Assembly (NCBI GenBank): GCA_050250255.1
Contig: JBFWOZ010000031.1
Span: 1-33,672 of the forward strand
Length of the DNA stretch: 33,672 bases
Direction: 5' to 3'
From: Bdellovibrionales bacterium
GTDB taxonomy: Bacteria; Bdellovibrionota; Bdellovibrionia; Bdellovibrionales; DASUEL01
Position 1 is the stretch's first letter, and the number at the start of each line of letters is the position of its first letter. Shown piece by piece: positions 8,374 through 19,243 of the stretch. The translations under genes were made by a program, and so were the position numbers. The notes under the pieces are model-generated. The model saw only the letters and a program-made list of their open reading frames with translations. It did no database searches and had not been told where the DNA came from.

Positions 8374-8928
8374 ATGGCTGCGAGTATAGGATTAATACTA
8401 GCTGCTACAATTTACCTTATCACAATCGCTATACTTTTTAAGACGTCTGGCTTCCGTAAGAAAGTGGAGCAACCAAGAACATTTCTGCACTTCAGAAATA
8501 AAGCGATTCCCTTGGAACTGGGAGTCATCGGACTTTTCAACCTACTGATCGGACTCATCTGGCTTAGTTTGTGGACATTCTTTATGTTTACAAGGTGGGA
8601 CACGTTTCAGATAAAATTCTATTTCTTGCTCTCTCATGTTCTCATTCAATTATTTACCTCTCTCGGTTTGGTAGTCTCGGGAATCGCCACGATTGCCGAG
8701 TGGGAAAGATGGAAACTTATCTACATTCTTGGTTTGATCCTGCTTGTAGGAAGCACCCTCGTGTCTCTGATATTTTACGGTCCCTATGGCCATGGTGAAC
8801 CACTGTCCATGATGTTCTTAGGAGTTTGGAGCTTTTGCGTTGCAGGAATTATGACGTTTGGTTTCTTTATTCTTCATCGATTGCTCAGCTCTTCACGATC
8901 TCTACCACCCGACCATCGCCGAACGTGA
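8374..8928 (+). CDS. Hypothetical multi-pass membrane protein (about 5 TM)
   Basis: AAGGA RBS; several hydrophobic segments; stop overlaps the ATPase start (GTGA). Confidence 0.8.
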   Translation: MAASIGLILAATIYLITIAILFKTSGFRKKVEQPRTFLHFRNKAIPLELGVIGLFNLLIGLIWLSLWTFFMFTRWDTFQIKFYFLLSHVLIQLFTSLGLVVSGIATIAEWERWKLIYILGLILLVGSTLVSLIFYGPYGHGEPLSMMFLGVWSFCVAGIMTFGFFILHRLLSSSRSLPPDHRRT

Positions 8929-11420
8929 AACGCATATCGCTTGTCACACTTAAGAATATTCCAATCAAGGAACACGGTCTTAGCGACACGGAAGTGAAGG
9001 ATCAAAGAAATCGATTTGGTTCTAATACGATCCTCGACTCAGGGAAAAATCGCTGGCATGAAGTGTTTCAGGACACCATTCGCGATCCAATGGTATGGTT
9101 TCTTGGTGGAGTCAGTTTCTTGTTCTTCGTTGTTGGCCAGAAGACTGACGCCTTGACCCTGCTCATAGCTATCCTCCCTCTTGCGTTCATGGACGCCTTC
9201 TTACATTGGCGAACCCGATCCGCGACCAGTTCTTTGAAAGGGAATTTAAATACGACAGTTCGGGTCATTCGTGAGTCGGCAGAAAGGCGGATCAACTCAC
9301 AAGACATCGTTCCGGGTGACTTATTGAAAGTGGTTAGTGGCGACGTGATGCCTGCCGATGGCCTTATCGAGCGGTCCGTTGACCTGCAAATCGATGAGTC
9401 TGTTCTCACTGGAGAATCCTTCCCAATCAAGAAAAGGCATTATGCGATTCAATTCGTTGACGAGGGAGTCGATGAGATCCTTGTTGAGTCAGAGGTGTTG
9501 GCGTTTGCAGGCACAAAGATCCTGACTGGTGAGTCCCTAGTTCGAGTTCTCTGCACTGGCCAATATACATCCTATGGTGAGATCGTACGTTCAGTGGCTG
9601 AAATGCCGCTCGAAAGGACACCGCTTCAAGTTGCGATTGGCCGGTTAGTTCGCGGTCTTATTGTCGCGGCTTTGTTTTTGTGTGCGCTCCTTGCATTCAT
9701 CCGCTTGTACCAGGGTCATAGCTGGATCGACTCCGTGCTTGCTGCTGCTACACTCGCTGTAGCTGCAATACCTGAAGAGTTTCCTGTGGTGTTCACATTT
9801 TTCTTAGGGGTCGGAATTTTTCGTCTTGCAAAACGACGGGCGCTCGTTCGGCGCGCTGTATCGGTTGAGAACATTGGAAGAGTCACACACATCTGCACAG
9901 ATAAGACAGGTACAATTACCCAGGGAAGACTCACGCTCTCTCATCTTGATCCGAGCGAGCCTGAAGGGTCGCGGGAGCTTATTGAGGCAGCCCTTACAGC
10001 AAGTAATCCGGCTAATGTTGATCCGATAGATCTTGCAATACTTAGATACGCTAAAGAGGCAGTCGGTGTTGACCAAAAGACAATCATCAGTCATCGGTTT
10101 CCTTTCACGGAGGATCGCAAGAAAGAAACGGTACTCATCCGTAATCAAGATGGATTTACTGCCTTCTCAAAGGGTGCACCGGAAACCGTGCTGGGTTCTG
10201 TCGCTCTTGGAGAACAAGAGAAGACGTTGGTTCTAGCCCGGGTGGCACACTTTGCGGAGACTGGACATAAAGTGCTGGCTTGTGCCAAGCGAAAGCTTGG
10301 CGAAAACGATGCAGGTCAACGCGAGCCGACCGAAGGCTTTGAGTTTTTGGGCTTGCTTGCGTTCGAAGACCCTGCTCGTCCCGAAGTCTTTCTCGCAATT
10401 GCCAGTGCTCGGTCACTCGGGATAAAAGTGATCATGATTACGGGTGATCATCCGGCAACCGCTAGGGCGATCGCGAAGGACGTCGGACTTGGAGAAAAAG
10501 CACCGCATGTGATTTCGGCAGAGGATGAACCTGAGCGGTTCGAACTGCAATATCTGGAGACGCACCCGTCTTTCCTCCAATCGACAGATGTTATTGCAAG
10601 ATGCACTCCTATCCAAAAGTTGAGAGTCGTGAAAGCGCTGAAGCATCAGGGACATCTAGTGGCGGTCACAGGTGATGGAGTGAATGACGTCCCGGCGCTC
10701 AAAGCGGCAGACGTGGGAATTGCCATGGGTGAACGAGGGAGTCAGAGCGCCAAGGAGGTTTCATCCATTATCTTGGCAGATGACAATTTCAAAACCATAG
10801 TCGGTGCGATTCAAGAGGGACGGCAACTCTATCAAAATCTGCGGTCTGCTTTTGAATATCTAATCTTGATTCATTTTCCATTTGTCTTAAGCGCCGCCCT
10901 CCTACCTCTTCTTGGGCATCCGATTCTTTATCTGCCAATCCACATAGTTTGGTTGGAGCTTATCATTCATCCTTCAGCCATTCTCGCGTTCCAGTCGCCA
11001 GCTCAAGTTGAGAATGCAAGTCCACGGACCGGGTTTTTCAGCAAAAAGGATATTCTAAGAATCCTGTTGTCGGGAATTTTAGTCGTGGCACTTATCACTT
11101 GGCTGTACCTCAGCGATCTTAACGGCGGATTCGAAGTTGAGGTTGCACGCACAAGAGTGTTGGCCGCACTTTCAATGTGGAGTGCTTGTATTGTCGTTGT
11201 GCTGACCAAGGCAAAAGGGATTTCCCCAAAAGTAATCGCAGTCATAACGGTGGTGGCTACGTTTCTTTTAATTCAACAGTGGACATCAATTGGTAGTTAT
11301 TTACATGTCGTCCCGCTCGAAAGGCATCAATGGTTTGAGATTACCGCCCTTCTGTCTGTAATCATGATCATGTCGTGGCTCGTTAGGATAGTGCCGTCGA
11401 GAAGAACCGTAGAACCCTAA
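8925..11420 (+). CDS. Cation-transporting P-type ATPase (type II-like)
   Basis: TGES, IPEEFP, DKTGT, KGAPE, TGDH and TGDGVNDVPALK motifs. Start reassigned to the in-frame GTG at 8925. Confidence 0.95.
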   Translation: MKRISLVTLKNIPIKEHGLSDTEVKDQRNRFGSNTILDSGKNRWHEVFQDTIRDPMVWFLGGVSFLFFVVGQKTDALTLLIAILPLAFMDAFLHWRTRSATSSLKGNLNTTVRVIRESAERRINSQDIVPGDLLKVVSGDVMPADGLIERSVDLQIDESVLTGESFPIKKRHYAIQFVDEGVDEILVESEVLAFAGTKILTGESLVRVLCTGQYTSYGEIVRSVAEMPLERTPLQVAIGRLVRGLIVAALFLCALLAFIRLYQGHSWIDSVLAAATLAVAAIPEEFPVVFTFFLGVGIFRLAKRRALVRRAVSVENIGRVTHICTDKTGTITQGRLTLSHLDPSEPEGSRELIEAALTASNPANVDPIDLAILRYAKEAVGVDQKTIISHRFPFTEDRKKETVLIRNQDGFTAFSKGAPETVLGSVALGEQEKTLVLARVAHFAETGHKVLACAKRKLGENDAGQREPTEGFEFLGLLAFEDPARPEVFLAIASARSLGIKVIMITGDHPATARAIAKDVGLGEKAPHVISAEDEPERFELQYLETHPSFLQSTDVIARCTPIQKLRVVKALKHQGHLVAVTGDGVNDVPALKAADVGIAMGERGSQSAKEVSSIILADDNFKTIVGAIQEGRQLYQNLRSAFEYLILIHFPFVLSAALLPLLGHPILYLPIHIVWLELIIHPSAILAFQSPAQVENASPRTGFFSKKDILRILLSGILVVALITWLYLSDLNGGFEVEVARTRVLAALSMWSACIVVVLTKAKGISPKVIAVITVVATFLLIQQWTSIGSYLHVVPLERHQWFEITALLSVIMIMSWLVRIVPSRRTVEP

Positions 11421-11709
11421 CTCTTAGGTTCGATATTAATCCGCTTATGAAATTTGGCGTCCTCAACATGAAGTGAATAACTCCAGTAGCTTACGATTCC
11501 GAGTAGCCAGAAGTAGCCACGACATTTCCTGACGTTACGCGAGTGTCTCAGAATGAGACCGGCAAGGTTCAAGTCGTCGGTGTTCGTTCTAATGCGGGTC
11601 TTAGGTCGAGTTTTAGGTGAAAAAACGATATATCCAAATCATATATCGAAAATATTCAAATTTTTCGTTATATTGGGAGGGCATATCTAAATTAGAAGGG
11701 TTTTTCACT

Positions 11710-12834
11710 ATGTTCAAGCCACAACAACCATACGATCTACAACAGCTGCCTCCTAAAATTGACCTAAATAAACACCCTAAGCTCATGAACCTCCTCAATC
11801 TTCACAATAGTGCTTTGCAAGCAGTTTCTGAACTCAACGGCGCTCTAAGAGAAATCGAAAATCCAGATATATTTTTGAATACCTTTTATCTACAGGAGTC
11901 GATCAGTAGCAATGCGGTGGAGAACATCTACACGACAATTGAATCAGCATTGGAAGATGAAACAAAGCCTGATGAAGAACGGAAAAGAGAAAACAAAGAA
12001 GTTTTAAATTATCGCACAGCCTTGGCAGCAGGAATAAAAACTGCCGAAAAATATGGGCTCACTACGAGAACTATTAAAGGCATTCACAAAGAACTCAATG
12101 TGGCTAAGGGAAAGCCCGGTGAGTATCGCAAAGGACAAAATAATATCGCGAATCGAAAAAAGGATGGGACGATCGAAATTATCTATACTCCTCCACTTGG
12201 GCAGAACGTCGAAGACCTAATTGCCAATTGGGAAAAGTTCGTAGCAAACGATAATGCCTTCTTCTCATTAATCAAAACTGCGATTTCTCATTATCAGTTT
12301 GAAGCCATTCATCCATTTGAAGATGGTAACGGACGCACTGGGCGCATCCTCATGGTATTGCAATTGATGCAAGAAAGTTTACTTACCTATCCGGCTTTCT
12401 TCATCAGTAGCTATCTTAGTGAACACGACGACCACTACAAAAAATTGCTGTTACAAGTTTCTGCAGATGCTGAGTGGTGGTCCTATATTGAATTCATGCT
12501 TACAGGCTTTCAAATGCAGGCATTAAAAACCAGGATTGCCATTCTGAATCTCAAGAAAGCTCGAAAAGACTTAAGAGACTATCTTTTCAAACACGAAAAA
12601 AGTCCGATTCAACAAAGAAGCATTCGCCTAGTGGTCGATCACATATTTCAGTATCCGACGACTCATCCGCGGTTCATGGAGCGACAAACCGGAATTCATT
12701 GGCAGACCTGTTCAAAATATTTAAAAGGTCTTAAGGCAGAAGGTATTTTGCGGGAACATCCGCAGGGGAAATATAAATTCTTTCGAAATCAGCGTGCGTT
12801 GGATGCAATGGTAGTGAAACTACCTAAAAGTTAA
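11710..12834 (+). CDS. Fic-family protein (class II-like, with Fic_N domain and C-terminal HTH-like region)
   Basis: Canonical HPFEDGNGRTGR; N-terminal inhibitory motif SNAVEN (SxxxEN). Likely start ATG 11710 (MFKPQQPY). Confidence 0.93.
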   Translation: MFKPQQPYDLQQLPPKIDLNKHPKLMNLLNLHNSALQAVSELNGALREIENPDIFLNTFYLQESISSNAVENIYTTIESALEDETKPDEERKRENKEVLNYRTALAAGIKTAEKYGLTTRTIKGIHKELNVAKGKPGEYRKGQNNIANRKKDGTIEIIYTPPLGQNVEDLIANWEKFVANDNAFFSLIKTAISHYQFEAIHPFEDGNGRTGRILMVLQLMQESLLTYPAFFISSYLSEHDDHYKKLLLQVSADAEWWSYIEFMLTGFQMQALKTRIAILNLKKARKDLRDYLFKHEKSPIQQRSIRLVVDHIFQYPTTHPRFMERQTGIHWQTCSKYLKGLKAEGILREHPQGKYKFFRNQRALDAMVVKLPKS

Positions 12835-12917
12835 AGTTGAACCGTAAGATGGCGTCCGCCAGATCCCTTTTGTAGAACCTATTCATACGTGAAACCACCG
12901 TGACGAAGCAGTGCAAG

Positions 12918-14282
12918 TTAAACTCGCTGAGGTTGTTTCTCCAAATATTTTTCTTTAACATGCTCATAGAATGAACGTCGATCGATCAAATGTGAAAACC
13001 ATTGAGCCGAGAGTGCAGTTAGCATCATCGGAAAAATCGCTGAGTGTCTGTCTGTCATTTCAAGTACTAAAATAAACGAAGTGAAGGGGGTGCGGGTCAC
13101 ACCCGTCAAAAACCCGATCATGCCAAGCAATATCATTAAGTTTGCGTGGTCAGTTGCGATAAATTTGGCTAGGTAAGAGCCAATGGTTGCACCTATCGCG
13201 AGGGAGGGCGAAAAAATACCTCCGGCTGCTCCTGAAAGGTAGGACACCATAGTTCCAATGTATCGAAGAGCGATTAAACTGAGATTTGGTTCATCCTTTT
13301 GAAATAGGAATCCCGTTATGACATTGATGCCTGTCCCAGAGGAGCGCGTATCCACGATAGAAAAGCTAGCGACGATTAGGCCGCAGAGAATTGTCAAAAC
13401 GGTAAGATGTGAAGTCTTCTTTAATGCTAACCGTTTGTTCAAAAAGAACAGAAGCAACCTGCCAAAGGCCGCCCCTAAAACCCCGGTTATCGCGCCATTC
13501 AAGATGGCAACAGGTAACATCGAAAAACCAACAGTCTTGAGAGCGGGAAAGCCCAAATACAAATAACTACCAAGTGCCCATTGGGCCACCAAACCAGACA
13601 CGATCACCCCGCTAATCAGAGCCGTTCGAATCTTATGAAAATGGACGAGTCCCAATTCTTCGATGGCATAAACAATGCCACCGAGGGGAGTGTTAAATGC
13701 GGAGGCCAGTCCAGCCGCCGCTCCTGCCACAACCCAAGTGTGTTCGCCGGTATGGGGAGTAAAGCGGCGGACTTGCTGACCGAAAAAATGAAAAACACTG
13801 GTGCTAATTTGTAGCGTAGGTCCCTCTCTTCCAATAGCCCCGCCTCCGAGCACACACAAAAGTGAACTTATGATTTTGACGACCGCCGCTTTCAATGAAA
13901 GAAGGCGGTTAACGACAGCGCGATGTGCACCGACATACTCAATTTCATTGGCCGCCATGATCTGCGGAATACCGCTACCAGCAGCTTCTGGGGAGTATTT
14001 GCGGACGATCAGCCACGCCAACACAAAAAACGCAGGCGAAAGAAGAAGCACAGCATAAGGGGAAACTTCCAAGATTTGATGAAAACCTCTTTCCGCAAGG
14101 TGAAAAAGTTTGGCGTATACAACTGATATCAGTGCCGCCATAAACGCCGAGGTCCAAAGACCAATCGTTTGATAATTAGTGGGATCGGAAAAAATCTCGC
14201 CAATCTTCTTGCTTGGCTTTTGGGGCAGTCTTTTAATGAGCGCAGTAAGTTGAAGTTGAAAGTTGCTGGCAACATTTTTCAC
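12918..14282 (-). CDS. ClC-family chloride channel / H+/Cl- antiporter without CBS domains
   Basis: GSGIP, GREGP, AFNTPLGG, YAIEE and GIFSP motifs; AGGAG upstream of the GTG. Confidence 0.95.
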   Translation of the reverse strand: MKNVASNFQLQLTALIKRLPQKPSKKIGEIFSDPTNYQTIGLWTSAFMAALISVVYAKLFHLAERGFHQILEVSPYAVLLLSPAFFVLAWLIVRKYSPEAAGSGIPQIMAANEIEYVGAHRAVVNRLLSLKAAVVKIISSLLCVLGGGAIGREGPTLQISTSVFHFFGQQVRRFTPHTGEHTWVVAGAAAGLASAFNTPLGGIVYAIEELGLVHFHKIRTALISGVIVSGLVAQWALGSYLYLGFPALKTVGFSMLPVAILNGAITGVLGAAFGRLLLFFLNKRLALKKTSHLTVLTILCGLIVASFSIVDTRSSGTGINVITGFLFQKDEPNLSLIALRYIGTMVSYLSGAAGGIFSPSLAIGATIGSYLAKFIATDHANLMILLGMIGFLTGVTRTPFTSFILVLEMTDRHSAIFPMMLTALSAQWFSHLIDRRSFYEHVKEKYLEKQPQRV

Positions 14283-14318
14283 TTCAATCAGGGCTCCTAT
14301 GTGCTACACCGGAGTAAT

Positions 14319-14394
14319 TGGCGTCCCCAAGGGGATTTGAACCCCTGTATCTACCGTGAAAGGGTAGTGTCCTAGGCCACTAGACGATGGGGAC
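14319..14394 (-). tRNA. tRNA-Glu (TTC)
   Basis: GTCCCCATCGTCTAGTGG...CTACC-CTTTCAC-GGTAG...GGTTCAAATCC...GGGGACGCCA, 76 nt with encoded CCA. Confidence 0.98.
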
Positions 14395-14468
14395 GTAGGA
14401 CGATCAGATTTTTCTTGTTCACGATTTGTTAGGTTCAACAACCTTCACAACGTTTTCAGAGTGAAAGT

Positions 14469-14544
14469 TGGTGAGCCGCGATGGATTTGAACCATCGACC
14501 CCCTCGTTAAAAGCGAGGTGCTCTACCAACTGAGCTAGCGGCTC
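14469..14544 (-). tRNA. tRNA-Lys (TTT)
   Basis: GAGCCGCTAGCTCAGTTGGTAGAGC...CCTCG-CTTTTAA-CGAGG...GGTTCAAATCC...GCGGCTCACCA, 76 nt. Confidence 0.98.
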
Positions 14545-14754
14545 AAATCGTATGCAAGAGGAGTATTTCTAAGTATTTATGTGTTCAGAGTCAAGAAGCC
14601 TTACCAGAACTTGAAGAGAATTTTTTAAATCTTGTTGCCAAAAAAATAAGCAATCCTTTCAGAGCCCCTAGAGGCGCAATTTTTCGGCTTGTGTTTCTTC
14701 AGGGTCTGTTTTACAAGCCGTGTCGTTTCAATAGTTTACGCTTTTAGGAGTGCC

Positions 14755-15795
14755 ATGAATTCTCTCACTTTAAGAACCTTTTTTGTCGCCACGATCTTTC
14801 TTTTAAGTGCTTGCCAGAATTCCAACAAGAAAGTGCTTTCTTCGGGCCATCAGTGCTCTCAACCAGGAAAACAGATCACCGCAGGAAGTTTTGATTGGGA
14901 TGACAATATCGCTTACCTCCCCACACCTGGACTTCTCTATAAAAAGAGTCTTGAGTGCAAACGCGAAACCGTTTCGCCAGTGCGTGAGCCTGATCTCTAC
15001 AAAATGGGCGAACAGTGTGTGAAGCGTGTATCGACAGAAGAATTCACGGAGATGCGACATGTTGTTGGGAAAAAGGGAATGGAGCTCGAGGATTACGAAA
15101 TCGATGCCTCACGATCTTTTTGGTATTTTCGCGATAACGAAGGGATGAACTGGTTTGATCGAGACGTCAAAGCTGCTCTCAAGGATTCTACGCGTGAGTG
15201 GAGAGGGCCAAGTTGGAAAGCCTTTGTCGCCGCTCTCAGTGACAAAGATTCCAGTGAATGGACTTCGATCATTACGGCTCGCGGGCATTCTCAAGAATTC
15301 ATGCACCAAACACTTAAATATTTGCAGCATAAAAAATTAATCACGCATCTTCCGCCTCAGACAAGTTTGCATGCTGTCTCTCATCCTAACTATACTGGAA
15401 CAGCTTCGAATCCTTCTGAGGCAAAAACTCAAGCGATGAAAGACATTCTGGATTGCATGAGTCGTCGTCCTCTCAGCACAAAAGCTTACAAAGTGGTGAC
15501 TCCTAATTCTAAGCCTGGCGAAATTCGGTACAAAGCTCTTCATCTATGGGGTTTTTCTGATGATGATTGGGGCAACTATGAAAAAGCTCAAAAAGTGTTA
15601 AGCGATGAGGTCGCTAAAGGTCGATGGTCGAATATTAAAATCACACTCTTTTATACCGGCAAGATGAAGCGCGACGAAAAGGGGCAAATTGTTCCTCGCG
15701 AAACGACCGTGATTCAAAGTAGCGGAAAACTTCGGCCGCAAATGGGTATAGAACGTAACGAGCCCGATAAAATAGTCCTGGCGAGAAAGCGATAA
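14755..15795 (+). CDS. Lipoprotein with HAD-superfamily-like phosphatase motifs
   Basis: AGGAG RBS before ATG 14755; lipobox LLSA-C; FDWDDN (motif I), IITARGH (II), K (III), GFSDDD (IV). Confidence 0.72.
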   Translation: MNSLTLRTFFVATIFLLSACQNSNKKVLSSGHQCSQPGKQITAGSFDWDDNIAYLPTPGLLYKKSLECKRETVSPVREPDLYKMGEQCVKRVSTEEFTEMRHVVGKKGMELEDYEIDASRSFWYFRDNEGMNWFDRDVKAALKDSTREWRGPSWKAFVAALSDKDSSEWTSIITARGHSQEFMHQTLKYLQHKKLITHLPPQTSLHAVSHPNYTGTASNPSEAKTQAMKDILDCMSRRPLSTKAYKVVTPNSKPGEIRYKALHLWGFSDDDWGNYEKAQKVLSDEVAKGRWSNIKITLFYTGKMKRDEKGQIVPRETTVIQSSGKLRPQMGIERNEPDKIVLARKR

Positions 15796-15908
15796 GGTCG
15801 TGAAGAGCGACAGGTCGTGTTTTTCAAGCGAGATTCAGCCGTTGGTAGAGTACATTTTCTAAGAACAATCGGCTACAGTTTGGGTGTCCATTTATAAAAG
15901 GGGAATAC

Positions 15909-16886
15909 ATGACTTTATCCGTTTTCGTTTCGCTTTGGCTTTCTCTCACAAGCGTTTCTCAAGCCGGGGAAATCTGGTTTGTACCAGAACCTGGTGCCGA
16001 GAACGTGGAACTTTTTTCACAACCTAACGAGTGGCCCATGGCTCGTGCAAAGACGAAGCGTTTTAGTTTGCACGGCTGCAGTTTAGATGATGTCCCGATG
16101 ACTCATAAAATTTGTAAGAATAATGGTTTGCAGCGTATTGCGGCTTCTGGAGCGCTTTCGAAACTTCAAGACTGGGGAATTGAACTTGATATCGGGGTGG
16201 GTTCAGTGAAACCAGAAATTCATTGTGATGCAAAACTTTATGCACAAGCTCATTCTGATTACATCGGTAGAGTGAAAAGAATGGGTGGAAAAATCAAATC
16301 CTTTACGATGGATTGGCCGCGCGGCTCTGGAAAATTAGACTGTAAGCAAACGGTGACGGAGACCGCAGGTCACGTTGCCAATTATGTAAGAACCGTGCGC
16401 CAGACTTATTCGCGCATCTATCCTGGAGAGCAAGTAGAAATTGGTCTTTGGGAAGGTTACCCAACATTCGAACCAACCGAGCTCATCGGCTGGCTCGATG
16501 CCATGATCCGCACAGGTTTTAAACCTGATTATCTCGTTGTGGATATCGATCGCGATCATCATAAACGTTTGAAGCGTTCAGATGCGCAAATGCGTACGGT
16601 TTTAAAAACTCTGCAAAATGCCTGTACCGCAAGAGGCATTCGCTTTGGAGTCGCGCTTTGGAGCAACAAAATGCAGACCGTGCAAACTTATCGTAATGAC
16701 GTCATCAGTTGGATGAATCTCGTGAAGTCCGGCGTGGGTACCCCTGACATCATTCAACTCATCAGTTGGGAGTACTGGGTTCAATTTCAAAATGAAGGGC
16801 GTGTGAGACCTTACAACACCCCCGAGCGAGATGCCTTCAGTCACACAGGTCTGCTCCTGTACGGAGCACAGGTTTTCGGTCTCTAA
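15909..16886 (+). CDS. Hypothetical secreted protein, possibly a TIM-barrel glycoside-hydrolase-like fold
   Basis: Signal peptide ending SQA; GGGGA RBS; alternating alpha/beta pattern. The fold is a guess. Confidence 0.7.
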   Translation: MTLSVFVSLWLSLTSVSQAGEIWFVPEPGAENVELFSQPNEWPMARAKTKRFSLHGCSLDDVPMTHKICKNNGLQRIAASGALSKLQDWGIELDIGVGSVKPEIHCDAKLYAQAHSDYIGRVKRMGGKIKSFTMDWPRGSGKLDCKQTVTETAGHVANYVRTVRQTYSRIYPGEQVEIGLWEGYPTFEPTELIGWLDAMIRTGFKPDYLVVDIDRDHHKRLKRSDAQMRTVLKTLQNACTARGIRFGVALWSNKMQTVQTYRNDVISWMNLVKSGVGTPDIIQLISWEYWVQFQNEGRVRPYNTPERDAFSHTGLLLYGAQVFGL

Positions 16887-16891
16887 TTTTT

Positions 16892-18205
<1,314 letters not shown>

Positions 18206-18262
18206 TCAAGAAGGTTCTAGAGTGGACTAAAGGGGGCAGGTTAGGCAATCTTTTGTGAAATT

Positions 18263-19243
18263 TTAAGGAGCGTTTTGCTCAGCAGCGAACCACTCTTCTT
18301 GCCAAGGATCGCCTGGAATGTCGGTTTTGCCGTTGAGAAAATCCATGGTCTTTTGTACCGCTACGAGGCACGAACGATTAAAGGCCTCTACCGTGTTGGC
18401 TCCAATGTGAGGAGTCAAAACGACATTGGGAAGAGGGATGAACATGGAGGTTTTATTGAGTGGTTCATTTTCAAAGACATCTAAGCCAGCTCCGGCAATT
18501 TGCCCCTCTGAGAGGGCTTTTAGGAGATCTTGTTCCTGTACGGCTTCGCCGCGAGACGTGTTGATGATGAGGGCTGTAGGCTCCATAAATTCGAGAGTAG
18601 CGGCTTTCACGATGTTGCGAGTTTCTTTTGTGAGTGGAACGTGAAGGCTGAGGACATCTGCGAGAGTGAAAGCTTCGATCACTCCAACGCGCTCGACATC
18701 CAGTTTTTCAAAGTATTCATCACTTTTAAAAGGATCGTACGCCACAACTTTCATATCGAAAGCTTGAGCGAGACGAGCCACTCGGGCCCCGATACGGCCT
18801 AAGCCTAAAATAGCCCAAGTTTTTTCTGAGAGTTCTCTTCCGAGAAGAGGTTCGCGGTCCCAAACACCAGTTCTGATCGCTTTCTGTGCGTTGATGACTT
18901 TTCTTGCGGTGGCCAGTGCGAGAGTGAGGGTGTGTTCGGCGGCACTGGCTTGATTTCCTTCAGGGCAGAAAAAAACCTGAACGTTTCTTTTACGAGCGCT
19001 CACCAGATCGATGTGATCAAATCCGCACGTCGCAGTCACGATCACTTTTAAAGCGGGAAGAGAATCTAAGAAGGCAGCGTCCACTTTTACTTTGGTTCGA
19101 ATCAAAATGGCATGTGCGGTGAGGAGTTGCTCTTTGGTCGGCGAAATTTGATTGCACAAGTGAAAATCCACGTTAGGAATCGCTTTCAGAGCAGATATTC
19201 CAGAGTCGGCAAAGCGATCTAAGAGAAGCACACTATGTTTCAT
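18263..19243 (-). CDS. serA: D-2-hydroxyacid dehydrogenase, phosphoglycerate dehydrogenase-like, lacking ACT domain
   Basis: GLGRIG, INTSRG, LDVFENEP, TPHIGANT. Substrate inferred from context only. Confidence 0.75.
   Translation of the reverse strand: MKHSVLLLDRFADSGISALKAIPNVDFHLCNQISPTKEQLLTAHAILIRTKVKVDAAFLDSLPALKVIVTATCGFDHIDLVSARKRNVQVFFCPEGNQASAAEHTLTLALATARKVINAQKAIRTGVWDREPLLGRELSEKTWAILGLGRIGARVARLAQAFDMKVVAYDPFKSDEYFEKLDVERVGVIEAFTLADVLSLHVPLTKETRNIVKAATLEFMEPTALIINTSRGEAVQEQDLLKALSEGQIAGAGLDVFENEPLNKTSMFIPLPNVVLTPHIGANTVEAFNRSCLVAVQKTMDFLNGKTDIPGDPWQEEWFAAEQNAP

Noticed and set aside
11485..11520. Three AGTAGC repeats between the ATPase and Fic genes
   Set aside because: Too short and irregularly spaced to support a call.
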